Assembly (NCBI RefSeq): GCF_009914755.1
Contig: NC_060928.1
DNA from: the human T2T-CHM13v2.0 reference genome, Homo sapiens
DNA: 64,000 bases
Strand: one strand, 5' to 3'
Below, piece after piece: positions 13,525 through 28,696 of this stretch. Positions within the stretch are counted from its first letter, which is position 1; each line of letters opens with the position of its first letter. The position numbers and the translations under genes were made by a program. Under the pieces are notes generated by a model. It was not told the origin of the DNA, did no database searches, and saw only the letters and a program-made list of their open reading frames with translations.

Positions 13525-14230
13525 TAAATTTTATTCAACTCCCAAAATCTCATGAGCACAAATATGTTCTAACCACAGCCTGCATATTTTCAAGATGGGT
13601 ATAAGCTTTTCCCTGAAAACAGGCTACTGCCAACACCAAAACTAAGATTCTCCACTTGAGTAATTTTTTTTCTCTTCCCGTGCAATAGAGGCATTCCACT
13701 GGTAAAGTTCTTCAGGATATTCAATGAGTATTTCCATTTTCACAAAAACCGTACTGTACCTTACTCGCATAAATTCTGTAGAAAAAAAGAATAAGCAAAT
13801 GACACTCTTTAAATCAAACTAGCTAAATTCTCTAAAGAATTCAACTTGTCTCAGCCCAAAGTCTTGCTTTTATCTCTGATGAGCCTGTGATTCTGCCCCT
13901 CTTTTCTGCATTGATTATCTCTTAAGAAATAACTATTAGCAGCCCAGTGAAGATCACTTACTCCTCTTGGATCTAGGGAGGCTTTAATACAATTAGATAT
14001 TTTTAAATACTGGCAAGGTTTTGTTAAACATCTTCATACTAAACACAAACATGTGAATTATTTCTTTTGTCATGCATCCCGCTACAGTTTTTGCATGATC
14101 TTCTGGTTGGAAACATAGTCTTCTGGAAAGACACGGAAGAAGAAACAATCTTGAATACAAGTGGGAGGGATCTAATTTGGTTCTCCTAACCAATATCTCT
14201 GGAAAACTATGAGGATTTCACTTTGGGTTT
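13525..14230 (+). pseudogene. ERV1 pol integrase remnant
   Basis: Hand translation gives NFIQLPKSHEHKYVLTTACIFSRWV*AFP*KQATA (cf. DFIQLP..KYVLV.VC.FSGWVEAFPC..ATA), E*ANDTL*IKLAK, PKVLLLSLMSL, and GNIVFWK.HGRRNNLEYKWEGSNLVLLT (GPY/F-like module). Confidence 0.85.
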
Positions 14231-14768
14231 GTATCACGCTGCCATTTTCCTTCTTTGTCTACTCCTTGTCATATCCCTTCTTTTTTACTGACCTTTAACA
14301 CATCCTTTACTTATTATCCAACATCCTGAGAAAACTTTTTCTCTTCTCTGTCCTCCTTCTCCTATACTTCCCACTATCCAGATAAAAGAGAGTCATTCTC
14401 CAGTGATTGCTACCACACTCAATCTCACAGATATGTCACCCCCGCACCGGCCCCAACCAAGCTCCCAGGTCTAACAACTGATTATAAACCATAGCCTTTT
14501 GCAGGTGCTAGCTGGATATTAACTCCTGATGAAATGCTTCTCTTGAAATCTTCAAATTCATGACTCCACTTCCCCAAGATTAGATATTGGAAAAAAATAG
14601 GAGCACCTTTGTTCCCGGTAACCATCATTTTATCCTCTACCATTTTCAATCAGTTTTATAATGTTTTACAAAGTATTACCACTTTTCAATCAGTTTTACT
14701 TCTCAGTTCTTCAATAGACTCTGGCCTCCTGAGGCTAACCTCAGTAACTATTAATAATACCTACCCCT

Positions 14769-15445
<677 letters not shown>

Positions 15446-16570
15446 ACTTCCCATAAATGAGTTGAACCACACTCCGGAATGCAGTTCTTATAATAATACT
15501 TTATAAATAAACTACTAACAGCAAACACCTCCATCAGATTGAATCAAATTACTCTTTTAGTACTCTGGGGCACTATTTATTGCCAAAAGAGAGCAAATTG
15601 ATTTCTCAAAGGTTCTTTGGAAAAATAGAAAAATCTCACAAATGTATGACCTTCTGAGAGCAGCTTTTGCATCATTTAGGATTAATTTTAGTATTAATAT
15701 TTAGTTGTCCTAAATTAGAGAACATCGAATGTTCAGCTTATCTCTAAAGCTTCATTATTGTAACTGAATACTGCTTTTCAGAAGCCAAATAAAATGCCAC
15801 AAAAAGCTTGCTAGCTCAAGATAAAAACTATGAAAACATATTTTTTATTTTTATTAAGCAAATATTCATTTGATAAAGATAAAAAAATAATTTCCTTATT
15901 TTATTTTTATTCTTCCAGAACAATTGTGTGTTAAATTTATGTTTATAAATATGGCACAGAGACATTTTTAACAAATAATAGAATATACTTGAGAAACTAC
16001 ATTATACAGGGTAGAGAAATTTAGTTACAATCATATATAATGCTTAATCTAGCTTCTTTACATTTTATAATTTTGGAGAGCTTAGCTGCTTGTATTTTAG
16101 CAGATATTAGAACTTTTTTCTTAATTTCTATATATGTTATAAAACGTTAACCTGTTTAATCTTAATATACTGGTTTATAACAGCTTTTAGGCAGAATTGA
16201 ATTACCTATAATATTTCAACTTCCTTTTCTCTTCTGTTTAAGGACAGTGGTAATTCAAGGAAGGTAGTTTTGTTGTAAAATATAACTGTCAGTGTTTGTC
16301 ATTAGCACCTATTTGTAAACTGAGTACTGAGCACTTAAAGATACTTTTATGAAGTATCCTTGTAAATTCTTTACAAATAGTCAAGTTATAAGTATTTTGC
16401 TTACTGAGAACCTTGAAGCTTTGCAAGAATGTGCAACCTTCATTCAATAAGCCCCATGACCTTGTTTTCATTATTACCCGGTATTTCTCATTCTCTCTCT
16501 CTCTCTGCCCTCCTCCCACATACACTTTTAAATTTGTTTTTCCACTTCTCCCTCTCTCTCTATTTTGTAG

Positions 16571-16905
<335 letters not shown>

Positions 16906-17093
16906 TGAAAAATGTTTTTTTCCAGGCAAAGAAAAGCATTCAAAATATTGTTGCAATTAATGGAATAATGTGACATTTAAAAATTTTAGAAAACAACACA
17001 AAATAACTTATTTTTACCATTCTCACCTTCCAGGGTTCTATCATGTGACCATCCCCTCCAAAATCTATTCACTAGAGGCAATACATTTGGGAA

Positions 17094-17806
17094 TGTTACC
17101 AGCAGCAAATCCATATGGGTCTGCAGCAATCTCAATTCTTGCTGCCCCAGAGGAAATAATTTGACCAAGGAGGAGACATAAAGCAAGAGGAGAGACTAAG
17201 GCAAGTTTTAGAGCAGGAATGAAAGTTTATTAAAAAGCTTTAGAGCAGAACTGAAGGAAGGCGAGTACACTTGGAATAGGACTAAGCAGGCAACCTGAAA
17301 GACAAGTGCCGTGTTTGACCTTTAACTTAGGTTTTTTTGTTGGCATGCTTCCGGAGTCTTGCATTCCTTTTACCCTGATTCTTCCTTTGGGGTGGGCTCT
17401 CAGCATGCACAGTGGCCTGCTAGCGCCTGGGAGGGGAGTACACAGAGTGTTTACTGGAGTTGAATGCATGCTCCCTTGAGGTATTCTTCCCTTACCATTC
17501 AAATATACCTAGAAAGTCATATACCAGTTGAACTCTCCGCCATTTTACCTCTGAATGCAGACACTTGAGCCCACTCGTTCAACTCCTGAGATCTCATTGG
17601 GAAGCTGCGATCACTAGTTTCAGGTCTGTTCTATTTATTGGGAGACCGACTTGCTCTGGTGCTGCCTGCCACCAATTATTATTTTAGAGAGACAGTTAAC
17701 AACCACTTCACCATCACCTGATAGTCAGTCACCTGACATTCCTTGTAGAGGGTAGGGAGAGCCCTCTTCTGTCCTGCTCATGCTTGTCTAGCTACCTCCT
17801 GTAACA
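17094..17806 (-). mobile_element. Solo LTR MER50 (ERV1)
   Basis: TG...CA termini; minus strand starts tgttacaggaggtagctagacaagcatgagcaggacagaagagggc; 4-bp TSD ggaa at 17090-17093 and 17807-17810. Confidence 0.88.
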
Positions 17807-18250
17807 GGAACAATTTGTCCATGAACGTCAAGTGTAAATCTGTCTTTAATTCATGAAAATTTGTGGAACAACTACCCCTAGCAAAGGTCTGTAGTTGGTC
17901 CATTGTGGCAGAAGAGAAAAGCCCTGTACTATTTCACTTAAACTACTCAAGATGTTATTAAGGGCCTAAGATAGCAGATAGGAGATAAACATTGCACCAA
18001 TAACTTGAACTTGAATACTATTTCACTAAGTAGTGAAAGGTGAATAATGCCAAACTGGGGTGAAGGAGAAATCTGTAGGGCGCAAAGTAGTAAATGGAGG
18101 ATTAGCTACTATTCCTAGACCGCAGGAGCATAAACAAAGAAGGAACTTAGAAAAGTAGAGAAGGCCTTGCCCCTAAAACTGATACTCAGAGCTCTGAGAA
18201 GATGGCATGGGTGTTACAGAAATATGTAACCTTCTGGTGAAAAACTTGCC

Positions 18251-19216
18251 AGACATTTCTCAAAAGAAGACAAATGAATGACCAACGGATATCTAAAAAA
18301 TGCTCAATATCATTGTCACCAGGGAAGTACAAATTAAAACCACAAGGGTGTATCACATCACAACTGCTAGAATGGCTACCATCAAAGAGACAAACAATAA
18401 CAAGTGTTGACAAAGATATAGAGAAAAGGGGACCCTGTACACTGTCAGTGAGAATGCAAATTAGTACAGCCATTATGGAAAACAGTATGGGCATTCCTCA
18501 GAAATTTTAAAATAGAATTAACATATAATCCAGCAATTCTACTTCTGTGTATATATCCAAAGAAAATGAAATCAATATATTGAAGAGATATCTGCCCTCC
18601 CATGGTCGCTGCGGCATTCACAATAGCCAAAATGGAATTAACTTATGTCCATCAAAGTATAAATGAATAGAGAAAATATGGTAGACATACATAATGGAAT
18701 ACTATTCTGCCTTAAAGACAGAAGTAAATCCTGTCATTTACAACAACGTGAATGAACCTGGAGGTCATTATGTTAAGTGAAATAAGTCAAGCACAGAAAG
18801 ACAAGTACCACATGATCTCACTTATATGTGGAATCTAAAAAAAGTTGAGTTCGTAGAAACAGAGTAGAATGGCAGTTATCTTTGTCAAGGGGAAGGAGAG
18901 GAATAAGGAGGTGTGGGACCAAAACATCCAAAGTTTTAGTTAGACAGAAGAAATAAGTTCTGGAGATCTGTTGTGCACCACAATTACTATAGTTAATAAT
19001 AATATATACTTGAAAATTGCTAAAAGGATTGATTTGAAATGTTCTCGTCACAAAATAATGATAAATAGTTGGTAGTAAGTTGGCTATATTCATTAGATTG
19101 AGGTTATCCTTCTGCAATGTATACATACACCAAAACATCACATTGTACACCACAAATGTATACAATTTTTGTCAATTAAAAAAATAAAGACATATGTATA
19201 AAAGAAAGTAAGAAAG
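18251..19216 (+). mobile_element. 5'-truncated L1 3' end (L1MA7-8 class)
   Basis: ORF2 C-terminus (agacatttctcaaaagaagac) and MA-type 3'UTR; TSD-like aaaa(t)cttgccaga at ~18241 and ~19217. Confidence 0.9.
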
Positions 19217-19392
19217 AAAAATCTTGCCAGAGAACAGAGAATTCGATTAAATGTCATAGGGTGTAGGCTGCAGATGGAATGCATGAGCAGTTAGCTGCTT
19301 AATAGTGGAAGGAAAGGGCTAAGATGAACCCTGAAAGTTGCTATTGTGATAGGGAGAAACTCGTGAGACAAGCTGGACAAAAGCCACAGGAT

Positions 19393-19395
19393 GCA

Positions 19396-19428
<33 letters not shown>
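19393..19428. repeat. (CA)n microsatellite
   Basis: Directly visible. Confidence 0.95.
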
Positions 19429-19799
19429 GTATCCTATCAAGTGGATGCTGTGCCAGAAACCACACACTGGAAGAAGGAACAAAAGTCATTCCTGTTTTAG
19501 CCTAGGCATCCTTCTACCCACACTTGCACCCTTCTGTACGACATTTGAACATTTACACAGCAATAAAACAACTGTATGTGTCCACCTAAAGATAGGAAAC
19601 TTCTTCATACTTTTAAGGTACTCACTGTCTCCCCTAATAAAGATACACGTGTCCCAGTATTATTGTACCTACTGTTAGTTATGCAAATTTTTATTGAAAT
19701 TTATTGAAAATCTCATTTAATATTCCATTACCTAAACATTATATTGTAAAGGTAGCATCAAACAATTTACATAAAATAACAAGGGAAAGAAGTAGAAAG

Positions 19800-21330
19800 A
19801 AGGAAAAAGTAGTTAATCAAGCTTCTATATATGCTAATGATTGAAATGAAATATGCAAAACTACTACTATCACTTTTGTAATTGGTCACAAGGTCATTGT
19901 GATATCTACGACTTGTTTCCAGTACCCATTCCATATTTTCTTTGCTTTCAGCCAGAATCCCAGATTGTTTGGGTTCTTTCCTTCTTTCTTTTTGGTTACC
20001 GTAATTTTCTATTAGCCTTTATATTGAACATGGAAGTAATAAGGAATATTCAAGAGAAAAATCTGCGGTCCAGATGGAATCACCTCTGTCCTCACTGCAT
20101 AGCAGCAAACCATCTTTCCTTAGGTAATTAGCATCTATTATTCTAGCTTGGAGAGTAGCCCCCTTTCTTTGCTTTTTGCTTCAGTGTTATTCTGAACCCA
20201 TAATTCCCACGCAGCAATCTCACCTTCAATTTAATGAAACCAATGTTTGTGCACTGGTGGAAACATTATCCCCTTTGAAACTAAGACTTCTAAAACATGA
20301 GAGCTCAAAGGTGCTTAGACAGAAAATAAACATTCTGCCTGGGGATTATGAGGTACATCAGAGGGGGAAAAGACACCAACACTTCACCCCTTTATTCCAG
20401 GACTAATTTGCTCTGTTCACAAGAATAAATGTGTTGCAAGACCACACCATATAATGGTCTTTGATCAAAGCACAAAATGTATCCATAAGACAGAATTCCA
20501 TCCATTCAGAGGGTTGTCTTGTACTGTCATTGTACACGAGTGTTCAATAAGTACTTTGAAATTTCTGTTAGGACAGGCACTTTGGGTGGTGCGATATGAG
20601 ATAAGTAAGACCAGTTTACTCATTGGGCACGACTACATTGCTGTAATTCCTTTACTGTGAAATGAATCAATTGCTCAGAAGTAATGCTATACAGAATATC
20701 ATGATGGTTGTAAAGTCCTTGGTAAGGGTAAGGCTTTAATAAGGGGAAGTCTGTTTTCTTAAGCCCACGCATAAGTTCTGTCCTGCTATTATTCATAAGC
20801 CAATTGAAAAGACACTGGACTGGTTAGGGAAAAAGACACAAATATCCACAAGGTAAGTCATTTGGTCGACCCATGATTTACAGTGGATTTAGCAGTGGAT
20901 GTCTTTTAGTGCATATTAACTTGAAACACAATATTTTCATCATCTATGCATATTTTGAGAGAGTCATCTTTTCTGGGATTCTTTTATATCAGTCTTTCAA
21001 GCTTATTCCACTTCAGCCTGTGATCACCCAATCAAACCATCAGCAAGCATTCATGAGTCAATGTAGATCAAAAATTCTGGCCATTTTCTCAAAGTGGACC
21101 ACAAATGTATAACTCTATGGTCTGCCCACTGGAATAAATTTTCATCATTGCTTTCCTTCAAAGTCAACATTAATTTGTGTGGTAATGCAGCAGGCATGCA
21201 CTTTTGGGTGGTACTGGAATGTCATACAGAAAAATATCCAAAGCAAGCTTGGACATTTTATTCTACATTAAACTAATTGTAGGGAACTACTCCATGAGGT
21301 CAAAGATGCTGTGATTTTACTATTGCCAGT
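19800..21330 (-). mobile_element. ERVL-class internal remnant (RNase H, integrase, dUTPase-like region)
   Basis: Minus-strand translation near 20710-20610 gives HHDILYSITSEQLIHFTVKELQQCSRAQ*VNWSY (cf. ERVL HHGIPHSIASDQGTHFTAKEVQQWAHAHGIHWSY); RNase H-like segment near 20850-20970; dUTPase-like segment near 20200-20400. Confidence 0.8.
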
Positions 21331-21369
21331 AACTATATACACCATCACTATTTACTACAGGTACCTCAT

Positions 21370-22830
21370 ATATATGTATATGTAAACAGAATATTGCTTG
21401 GTTCCCCTTGTTTTTGAGGTACAAAAAGATCACATCACATTATGTATGCTTTTCTGTGATTTGAAAAGATCACATCACACTGTGTATGCTTTTCTGTGAT
21501 TTGACTTTTTCACTTAGCATTATGATAATAAGATGATACACGTTGCTGCTTGTCTTTATGTTTCAACCATTTTCACTAATATATGCTATTCCATTAAGTG
21601 CATATATGACAACTTATTTGTCCAGTTACTGTCAGTAAATATTACCTTAGTTTTTTCTGTTTATCTACTCTGAAATTTCTTTTACATGTCTCCTGGTGCT
21701 TAAGGTTTATTTCTAACATTGTTGGAGAGTGCATTGTGTATGGTGTCTGATTTATACATTTTTAAAATGTACTTTTATATATTTTACACAAAGAGATATT
21801 TACATAAACTCATGAATACATGATGTTTTTCACAATTTAAAATAATAAAAAGGTACACTGCATGCTAAATCAATAAATAACCTCAATTTATAATTGTGTT
21901 ATAATAGATTAATTATGTTCTTCCTGTTGCCGTATAATATGTATATTTAAAAAGATATTTCTGTTATAAATAAATTACGTTGACAATATTTCTTTCCCAC
22001 ATAGTTGCTCAACCTAATTCGTGTTTGAATTAATACCATTAAGCCATTAATAAAATTGTATAGTCACAAGTTTAGGAAAGATTGGTAAATCTGAAAATAA
22101 CAAGTGTCGGTGAAAACTTGAGCCAATGAGAACGCAAATACCTTTCTGGTGAGAGTGTAAGCTTGTATTCTTACGTTGGAAAATAATTCAGCACTATAAT
22201 GTGAAGATAAAAATTTACATACCTAAATAAAGGTACATATCCTACAAGAATCAGAGTTTCACAAACATTCTTACATGCATTTTCTGTTACATATGTACAA
22301 AGACTGAAATTGCTGATTTATACCTTCTATTTATTGTTTCACTATGTAATGCCAGTCGTTTTAGAAAGTGGGTAAAAACTTTCACTCTTAGGAATGCTCA
22401 ATATCCTCTTGTATACCCAAACATTTACCATTATAAATCTGCTATACCTTATATAACAAATTTTTATAAATATATCAATTGTAATTATGTATAAAATATT
22501 TTTACTTTGTATTTCCATGACTTAGCAGGGTTGCACGTTATTTTACAGTTTGTGTTTCATTATTGTTTGCTGTTGTCTGAAATGGCTATTCGTTTCCTTT
22601 CCCTTTAAAAATATTTGTCTGTTGATTTGTAGTAATTCTTTACATCTTTTGAAAGTGAATTTCTTATCGGTTATAAGTCACATATGAAGTCCATCAGGGC
22701 TTTTCTTTCTGCTTTTGTGTTTATGACTTTTGATAACCAATAATACTTAAAAAATGATCCATTTTGCTCTTTATAGATTGTACTTCCGTGTCTAGTTAAA
22801 TAAAATATTTTCATACTTTCTGTTTTAAAA
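21370..22830. mobile_element. Ancient L1ME-type fragments, both orientations
   Basis: Minus-strand 3'UTR-like ttttcacttagcattatg...ctattccatt; plus-strand aaatctgaaaataacaagtgtcggtga near 22090. Confidence 0.55.
21424..21503. repeat. 40-bp tandem duplication
   Basis: aaaagatcacatcacattatgtatgcttttctgtgatttg x2 with 2 mismatches. Confidence 0.95.
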
Positions 22831-22837
22831 AATCCTC

Positions 22838-23144
<307 letters not shown>

Positions 23145-23369
23145 CTATATCGTCTTATTAAATATAACAGTTTACAGGTGTATTTTAGTCATTAGTCTAC
23201 CCATCTTATTGGTAAGTACAAGTCTATGCCCAGTAACTTTAATATCTTAAAAGCATGTTTATTTCATGTAGTTTTTTCCATTTTATTTTTATAAACTTGA
23301 AAATTTACTTTCTTTTTAAAATTTTCCTTACACTAGCTAGTTCTCTCCAGTCATTTCTTATTTTTATAG

Positions 23370-23720
<351 letters not shown>

Positions 23721-24744
23721 TCATTTTTTAAAGAATAAACTTTTTCATAAATGCATCTTTGTTCTACTGTCTTATTCTTTTAACTTTATTAAAATACTTT
23801 ATTTAGTATTTCATCCTTCTCTTTTTTTTACCTTTTTACTTTGAATTTTTGCTATATTTCATTATCTACTAGGTTAAGTATTTAGTGCCATGAATTTTCC
23901 ATTTAACACTTCATTAACTCCTAAAGAGCCTTCTGAGTCAGTTTTCTTATCCTTATATCTGCAACTCCTTATATTTTCCTTTGGACCAAATATTGTTTAA
24001 TAAGAAATATATTTATTTTCTATTTTTCTAATGTTTCAAATGGAAGGTTTAAAAATATTTAATATTCTGTTGCATTGTATTTAAGGAATACTGAAAGTTA
24101 CTATTTCCACTTTTAAAAATTAGTTGTCTTTACTTTCTGGTCCCATGTATCTGCTTGGTTAATTTTGGCCAACATCCCATGCTCTCTTGAAAAGAAGGTG
24201 CTTTCCCTAGTATCAGTGTAGAGTATGTAATAAATATATCAGGGTTTGAAAATATGTGGTATATGCATATATCATTACCTTTACCTAATTGATAATGTTG
24301 TTTAGTTTCTCTATATTTTTAATATTATTCAATCTACTTGAATTGTACAGCATTGATCATTATTAGTTTATGTCTTTCTGTTATCTCCTATAATTTACTG
24401 TACACAAAATTTGCAGCCTAGCTATTTCAACAGTCTATGCTGCTACTGTGATCCTTGCTGGAGATACTTTTGTATTGATTTTTGTGTTTGCTGGGAAGTA
24501 GTGCACATTTTTCCCCTTATTTATAACCAAGCGTGTTAAGCTCCATTTTTATTAAAAGTTTTGTCCTTTTCTTGCATGACAAATGTCTATATATGTATGG
24601 GTCAGCTTCTACGCCCTCTTTTCTATTGAATTGCTCAATATATCTCTTCTTCCAGAATGCACAGTAGTAAACACAATAGCTCTAAAACAATTACTTTGCT
24701 AATGTATTATAAATATCTTTTCTCTGTCTTATCTTTGTACTTTT

Positions 24745-25190
24745 CTGTAGTAATACAATATGAACTTGCAGCTCCTCCCTTCAACAAGCAGTGGCTATTT
24801 TCCACTTCCTGAATCTTGATGTGCTTATAGTTTGCATTGGCCACAGGAATATGGTGGAAGCAACATTGTGCTAGTCTTGATCATCAGTGTTGTGTCTATT
24901 CTCTCCCTCTGGGAACACTACATTTGAAATATGAAGGTATCCATGGTCACCTGCTGGACGAGGCATGTGGTCCAGTAAAAACCGTTGCTCCAGCCAATAG
25001 TCAGCCATTTCTCTGTTGTTGATTAATTGACCTCAGATATATGAATAAGCTCAACTGAGATCAGCTAATCATGGCCAGATCAGCAAAACTCCCTAGCTGA
25101 CACAAACTCGTAAGTAATACTACATACTTGTTATTTTAACCCACTAAGTAGTGTGCTGCATTTACCCAGCAATAATAGATTATTGATATA
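24745..25190 (+). mobile_element. Old MaLR LTR (MLT1F/G/H class)
   Basis: gcagctcctcccttcaacaag...ggccagatcagcaaaactccctagctgac...ttgttattttaacccactaagt...gcaataatagatta. Confidence 0.65.
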
Positions 25191-28100
25191 TGTTGAAATT
25201 TGATATGGTATTAGTTATCACTATTTTGTTTTGTGCCCTGTACAATTTGTTTAGTTTTTTAAAAATACCGTCTAAATAAAACATAAAATATTCCTTTATG
25301 TTTTCTAGAAGTTTTGACATTTGCCCTTCTCATTTAAGGTTTAAACCAGTTTGGCACATTTGTGTAAGGTGTGACATAGGGCTTAATTCAATTTGTTTCA
25401 AATACAGAGAATAATTTTCTTAGCAAAATTTAGTCATGATTTCTTCACATATATAGTGCTACCTATTTCATATATCGAATCTCTGTAAGTTTTGACCTGT
25501 TTTGGGCTGTCTATTACATTCTATTGCCCTTTATTTCATTTTTTCTGTGCCAATAACTGTCCTACTATCGCCTTTTTGTTCTTTTTTATGTGTATATCAC
25601 TTATTTTGGTTCATTTTATCATATACATAATTTGTAGGATTAGTTTGTCAAGTGCCTCAAAGAAATCCTGTTATCATTTTGATTGGAATTGCATTTAATG
25701 TAGAGAAATTGTCACTGTTCCAATAGCTTTTTAACATCCAATAACAGCATATATATTTGTATCTCTTTCATGCTCAGTGTTTTTGATTTTTTTCTCATGA
25801 ATATTTATGTCTGTTTAACATAAATTATATTCTGAAACACTTTCTCATTCATCATTAGTCTAACCAATCTTAAATTTTTCTTCAAAATATAATTTAATCC
25901 CATGTCCTAAAAGCATTTTTGGTCATCTACTTATTTACATGCCCTCCACTTAAGGCTCCAGGTGCTGGTAATTTGTCTTTTTCTTATCTATTCTTATTTC
26001 CCCCATGCTTCTGATCTGCATTTTAGAGAACCACATTTGAAAGGATAATTTAACAGTTGGCTTTCAAGTAGGTCCAGCCAATGACAACAGAGAGAAACAG
26101 GATATATTTCCCTCTCTTACTCTGCCACACCCAATCATTCTGGCATGGGCTGTGCCTCTTCTCTCTGTAACTCCAATTATTTCCTTCCATGGTCCAAATC
26201 TTATCAGGCCACTTACCCCACACTTTCATTGCAGTTTCAGATCTCTTTAGGTGGCCCTGTATATTAGTCCATTCTGGCACTGCCATAAATAAATGCTTGA
26301 GACTGGGTAATTCATAAAGAAAAGAAGTTTAATTGGCTCACTGTACAGGAAACAGAACAGCTTCTGCTCCTGGGGAGATCTCAGGGGACTTTACAATCAT
26401 GGTGGAAGGCAAAGGGGAGTCAGTACTTCCTATGGCTGGAACAAGAGAAAGAGAGAAGGGGGCAGGTGCTACACACTTTTAAACAACCAGAACTCATGGG
26501 AACTCAGTCACCATTGCCAAGACAATACCAAAAGTGATGGTGCTGAACCATTAGAAACCACCCTTACGATCCAATCACCTTCCACCAGGCCCTATATTCA
26601 GCATTCGGGATTATATTTCAAACATGAGATTTGGGCAGAGACACAGATACAAACCATATCATTCTGCCCCGGCCCCTCTCAAACTTCATATCCTTCTTGC
26701 ATTTCAAAATACAATCATACTTTCCCAATAAACTCCCAAAGTCTTAACTCATTCCAGCATTAACTCAAAAGTCCATGGTCCAAAATCTCCTTTAAGATAA
26801 GGCTAGTCCCTTCCACCTGTGAGCCTGGGAAATCAAAAATAAGTTAGTTACTTTCAAGATACAATGGGGGTGCAGGCATTGGGTAAACACTTCTGTTCCA
26901 AAAGGGAGAAATCTGTCAAAAGAAAGAGGCTGTAGGCCCCATGCAAGTCTGAAACCCAGCAGGGCAGTCATTGAACCTTCAAGCTCCAAAATAATCTCTT
27001 TTGATTCCATGTCTCACATCCAGGGCACAATGATGCAAGGGGTGAGCTCTCAATGCCTTAGAGAGTCCGCCTCTGTGGCTTTGTAGGGTTCAGCCCCCAC
27101 AGCTGCTCTCATGGGCTGGTGCTGAGTGCCTGTCACTTTTCCAGGCACAGGGTGCAATCTGCCAGTGGAGATACTATTCCAAGTCTGAAGGTCTGGAGGA
27201 CCCTCTTCTTACAGCTCCACTAAACAGTTCCCCAGTGAGGCTTCTGCATGGAGATTCCAACCTTCTATTTCCCCTTTGCACTGTCCTAGTAGAGGTTCTC
27301 CATGAGGGCTCTATCTCTGCAGCAGGCTTCTGCCTGGATATCCAGGCTTTTCCATGCATCCTCTGAAATCTAAATGTAGGCTCCCAAGCCACAACTCTTG
27401 CACTCTGTACACCCACAGGTTAAACACCACACGGAAGCCACCAAGGCTTAAAGCTTACGCCCTCTGAAGCAGTGGTCCAAGCTGTACCTGGGCCCCTTTG
27501 AGCCATAGATGGAGCTGGAGTGACTGAAATGCAGGGAGCAGTGTCCTGAGGCTGCACAGGGAAGTGAGGCCCTGGTCCCACCCCATGAATATATTCTTCT
27601 CTCCTAGGCCTCTGGGCCTGTGATAGAAGGGGCTGCCACAGAGGTCTCTGAAATGCATTTGAGGCCTCTCCATTGCCTTGGGTATCAGCATATGACTTCC
27701 TTTTAGTTAAGCAAATTTCTGCAGTAGGCTTGAGTTGCTTTCCTGGAAATGAGCTTTTCTTTTCTAACACATAGCAATGCTGCAAATTTTCCAAACTTTT
27801 ATCCTCTGCTTCCCTTTTAAATATAAGTTCCAGTTTCAGTTCATTTCTTTGCTCATGCATGTAAACGTACATTGTTAGAAGCAGACAGCCCACATTTTGA
27901 AGGCTTTGCTGCTTAGAAATTTCTTCTCTCAGTTACCCTTAATCAACAGTCTCAAGTTCAACATTCCACAAATCCCTAGGGCAGAGGCACAATGCACCCA
28001 GGATCTTTCTAAAGCAAAGCAAGAGTGACATTTACTCCAGTTCCCAATAAGCTCCTCATCTCCATGTGAGACCTTGACAGCCTGGCCTTCACTGTCCATG

Positions 28101-28196
28101 TCACTATTAGCATTTTCCTCACAACTGTTCAACAAGTTTCTAGGAAGTTCCAAATTTTCCCTCATATTCTTGTTTTCTTCTGAGCCCTCCACATTC

Positions 28197-28504
28197 TTTT
28201 TTTTTTTTTTTTTTTTTTTTTTGAGATGGAGTCTCGCACTGTCACCTGGGCTGGAGTACAGTGGCGTGATCTCGGCTCACTGCAATCTCCATCTCCCAGA
28301 TTCAAGTAATTCTCCTGCCTCAGCCTCCTGAGTAGCTGGGATTACAGGCACTCACCACCATGCCTGGCTAACTTTTTTGTATTTTTATTAGAGATGGGGT
28401 TTCACTATGCTGGCCCGGCTGGTCTTGAACTCCTGACCTCACAATCTGCCTGCCACAGCCTCCCAAAATGCTAGGATTACAGGCATGGGCCACTGTGTCT
28501 GGCC
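28197..28504 (-). mobile_element. AluS (Sg-type) inserted in MSTA internal region
   Basis: Antisense Alu with TSD cctccaca(t/c)tctt on both sides. Confidence 0.93.
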
Positions 28505-28592
28505 GCCTCCACACTCTTCTAACTCTGCACATTGTCTAGTTTCAAAGGTGCTTCCACATTTTCAGGTATCTTTATAGTAATACCTCACTTTT

Positions 28593-28696
28593 GGTACCAG
28601 TTTTCTTCATTAGTTCACACTGCTATAAAGAAATACCTGAGACTGATACCAATTTTCTGCATTAGTTCACACTGCTACAAATAAATGTCTGAGACT
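28593..28696. repeat. 52-bp tandem duplication across the MSTA int/5'LTR junction
   Basis: ggtaccagttttcttcattagttcacactgctataaagaaatacctgagact then gataccaattttctgcattagttcacactgctacaaataaatgtctgagact. Confidence 0.9.

Larger units (their letters stand above)
11000..14760 (+). mobile_element. Degenerate ERV1 internal sequence (MER4/MER34-group)
   Basis: AT-rich MER4-int-like leader, then integrase remnants, ending just before an ERV1 LTR in the same orientation; boundaries approximate. Confidence 0.6.

Noticed and set aside
26792-28192. Several minus-strand ORFs up to 157 aa
   Set aside because: Broken pieces of the MSTA internal region, homologous to the THE1-int ORFs at 37674-39003.
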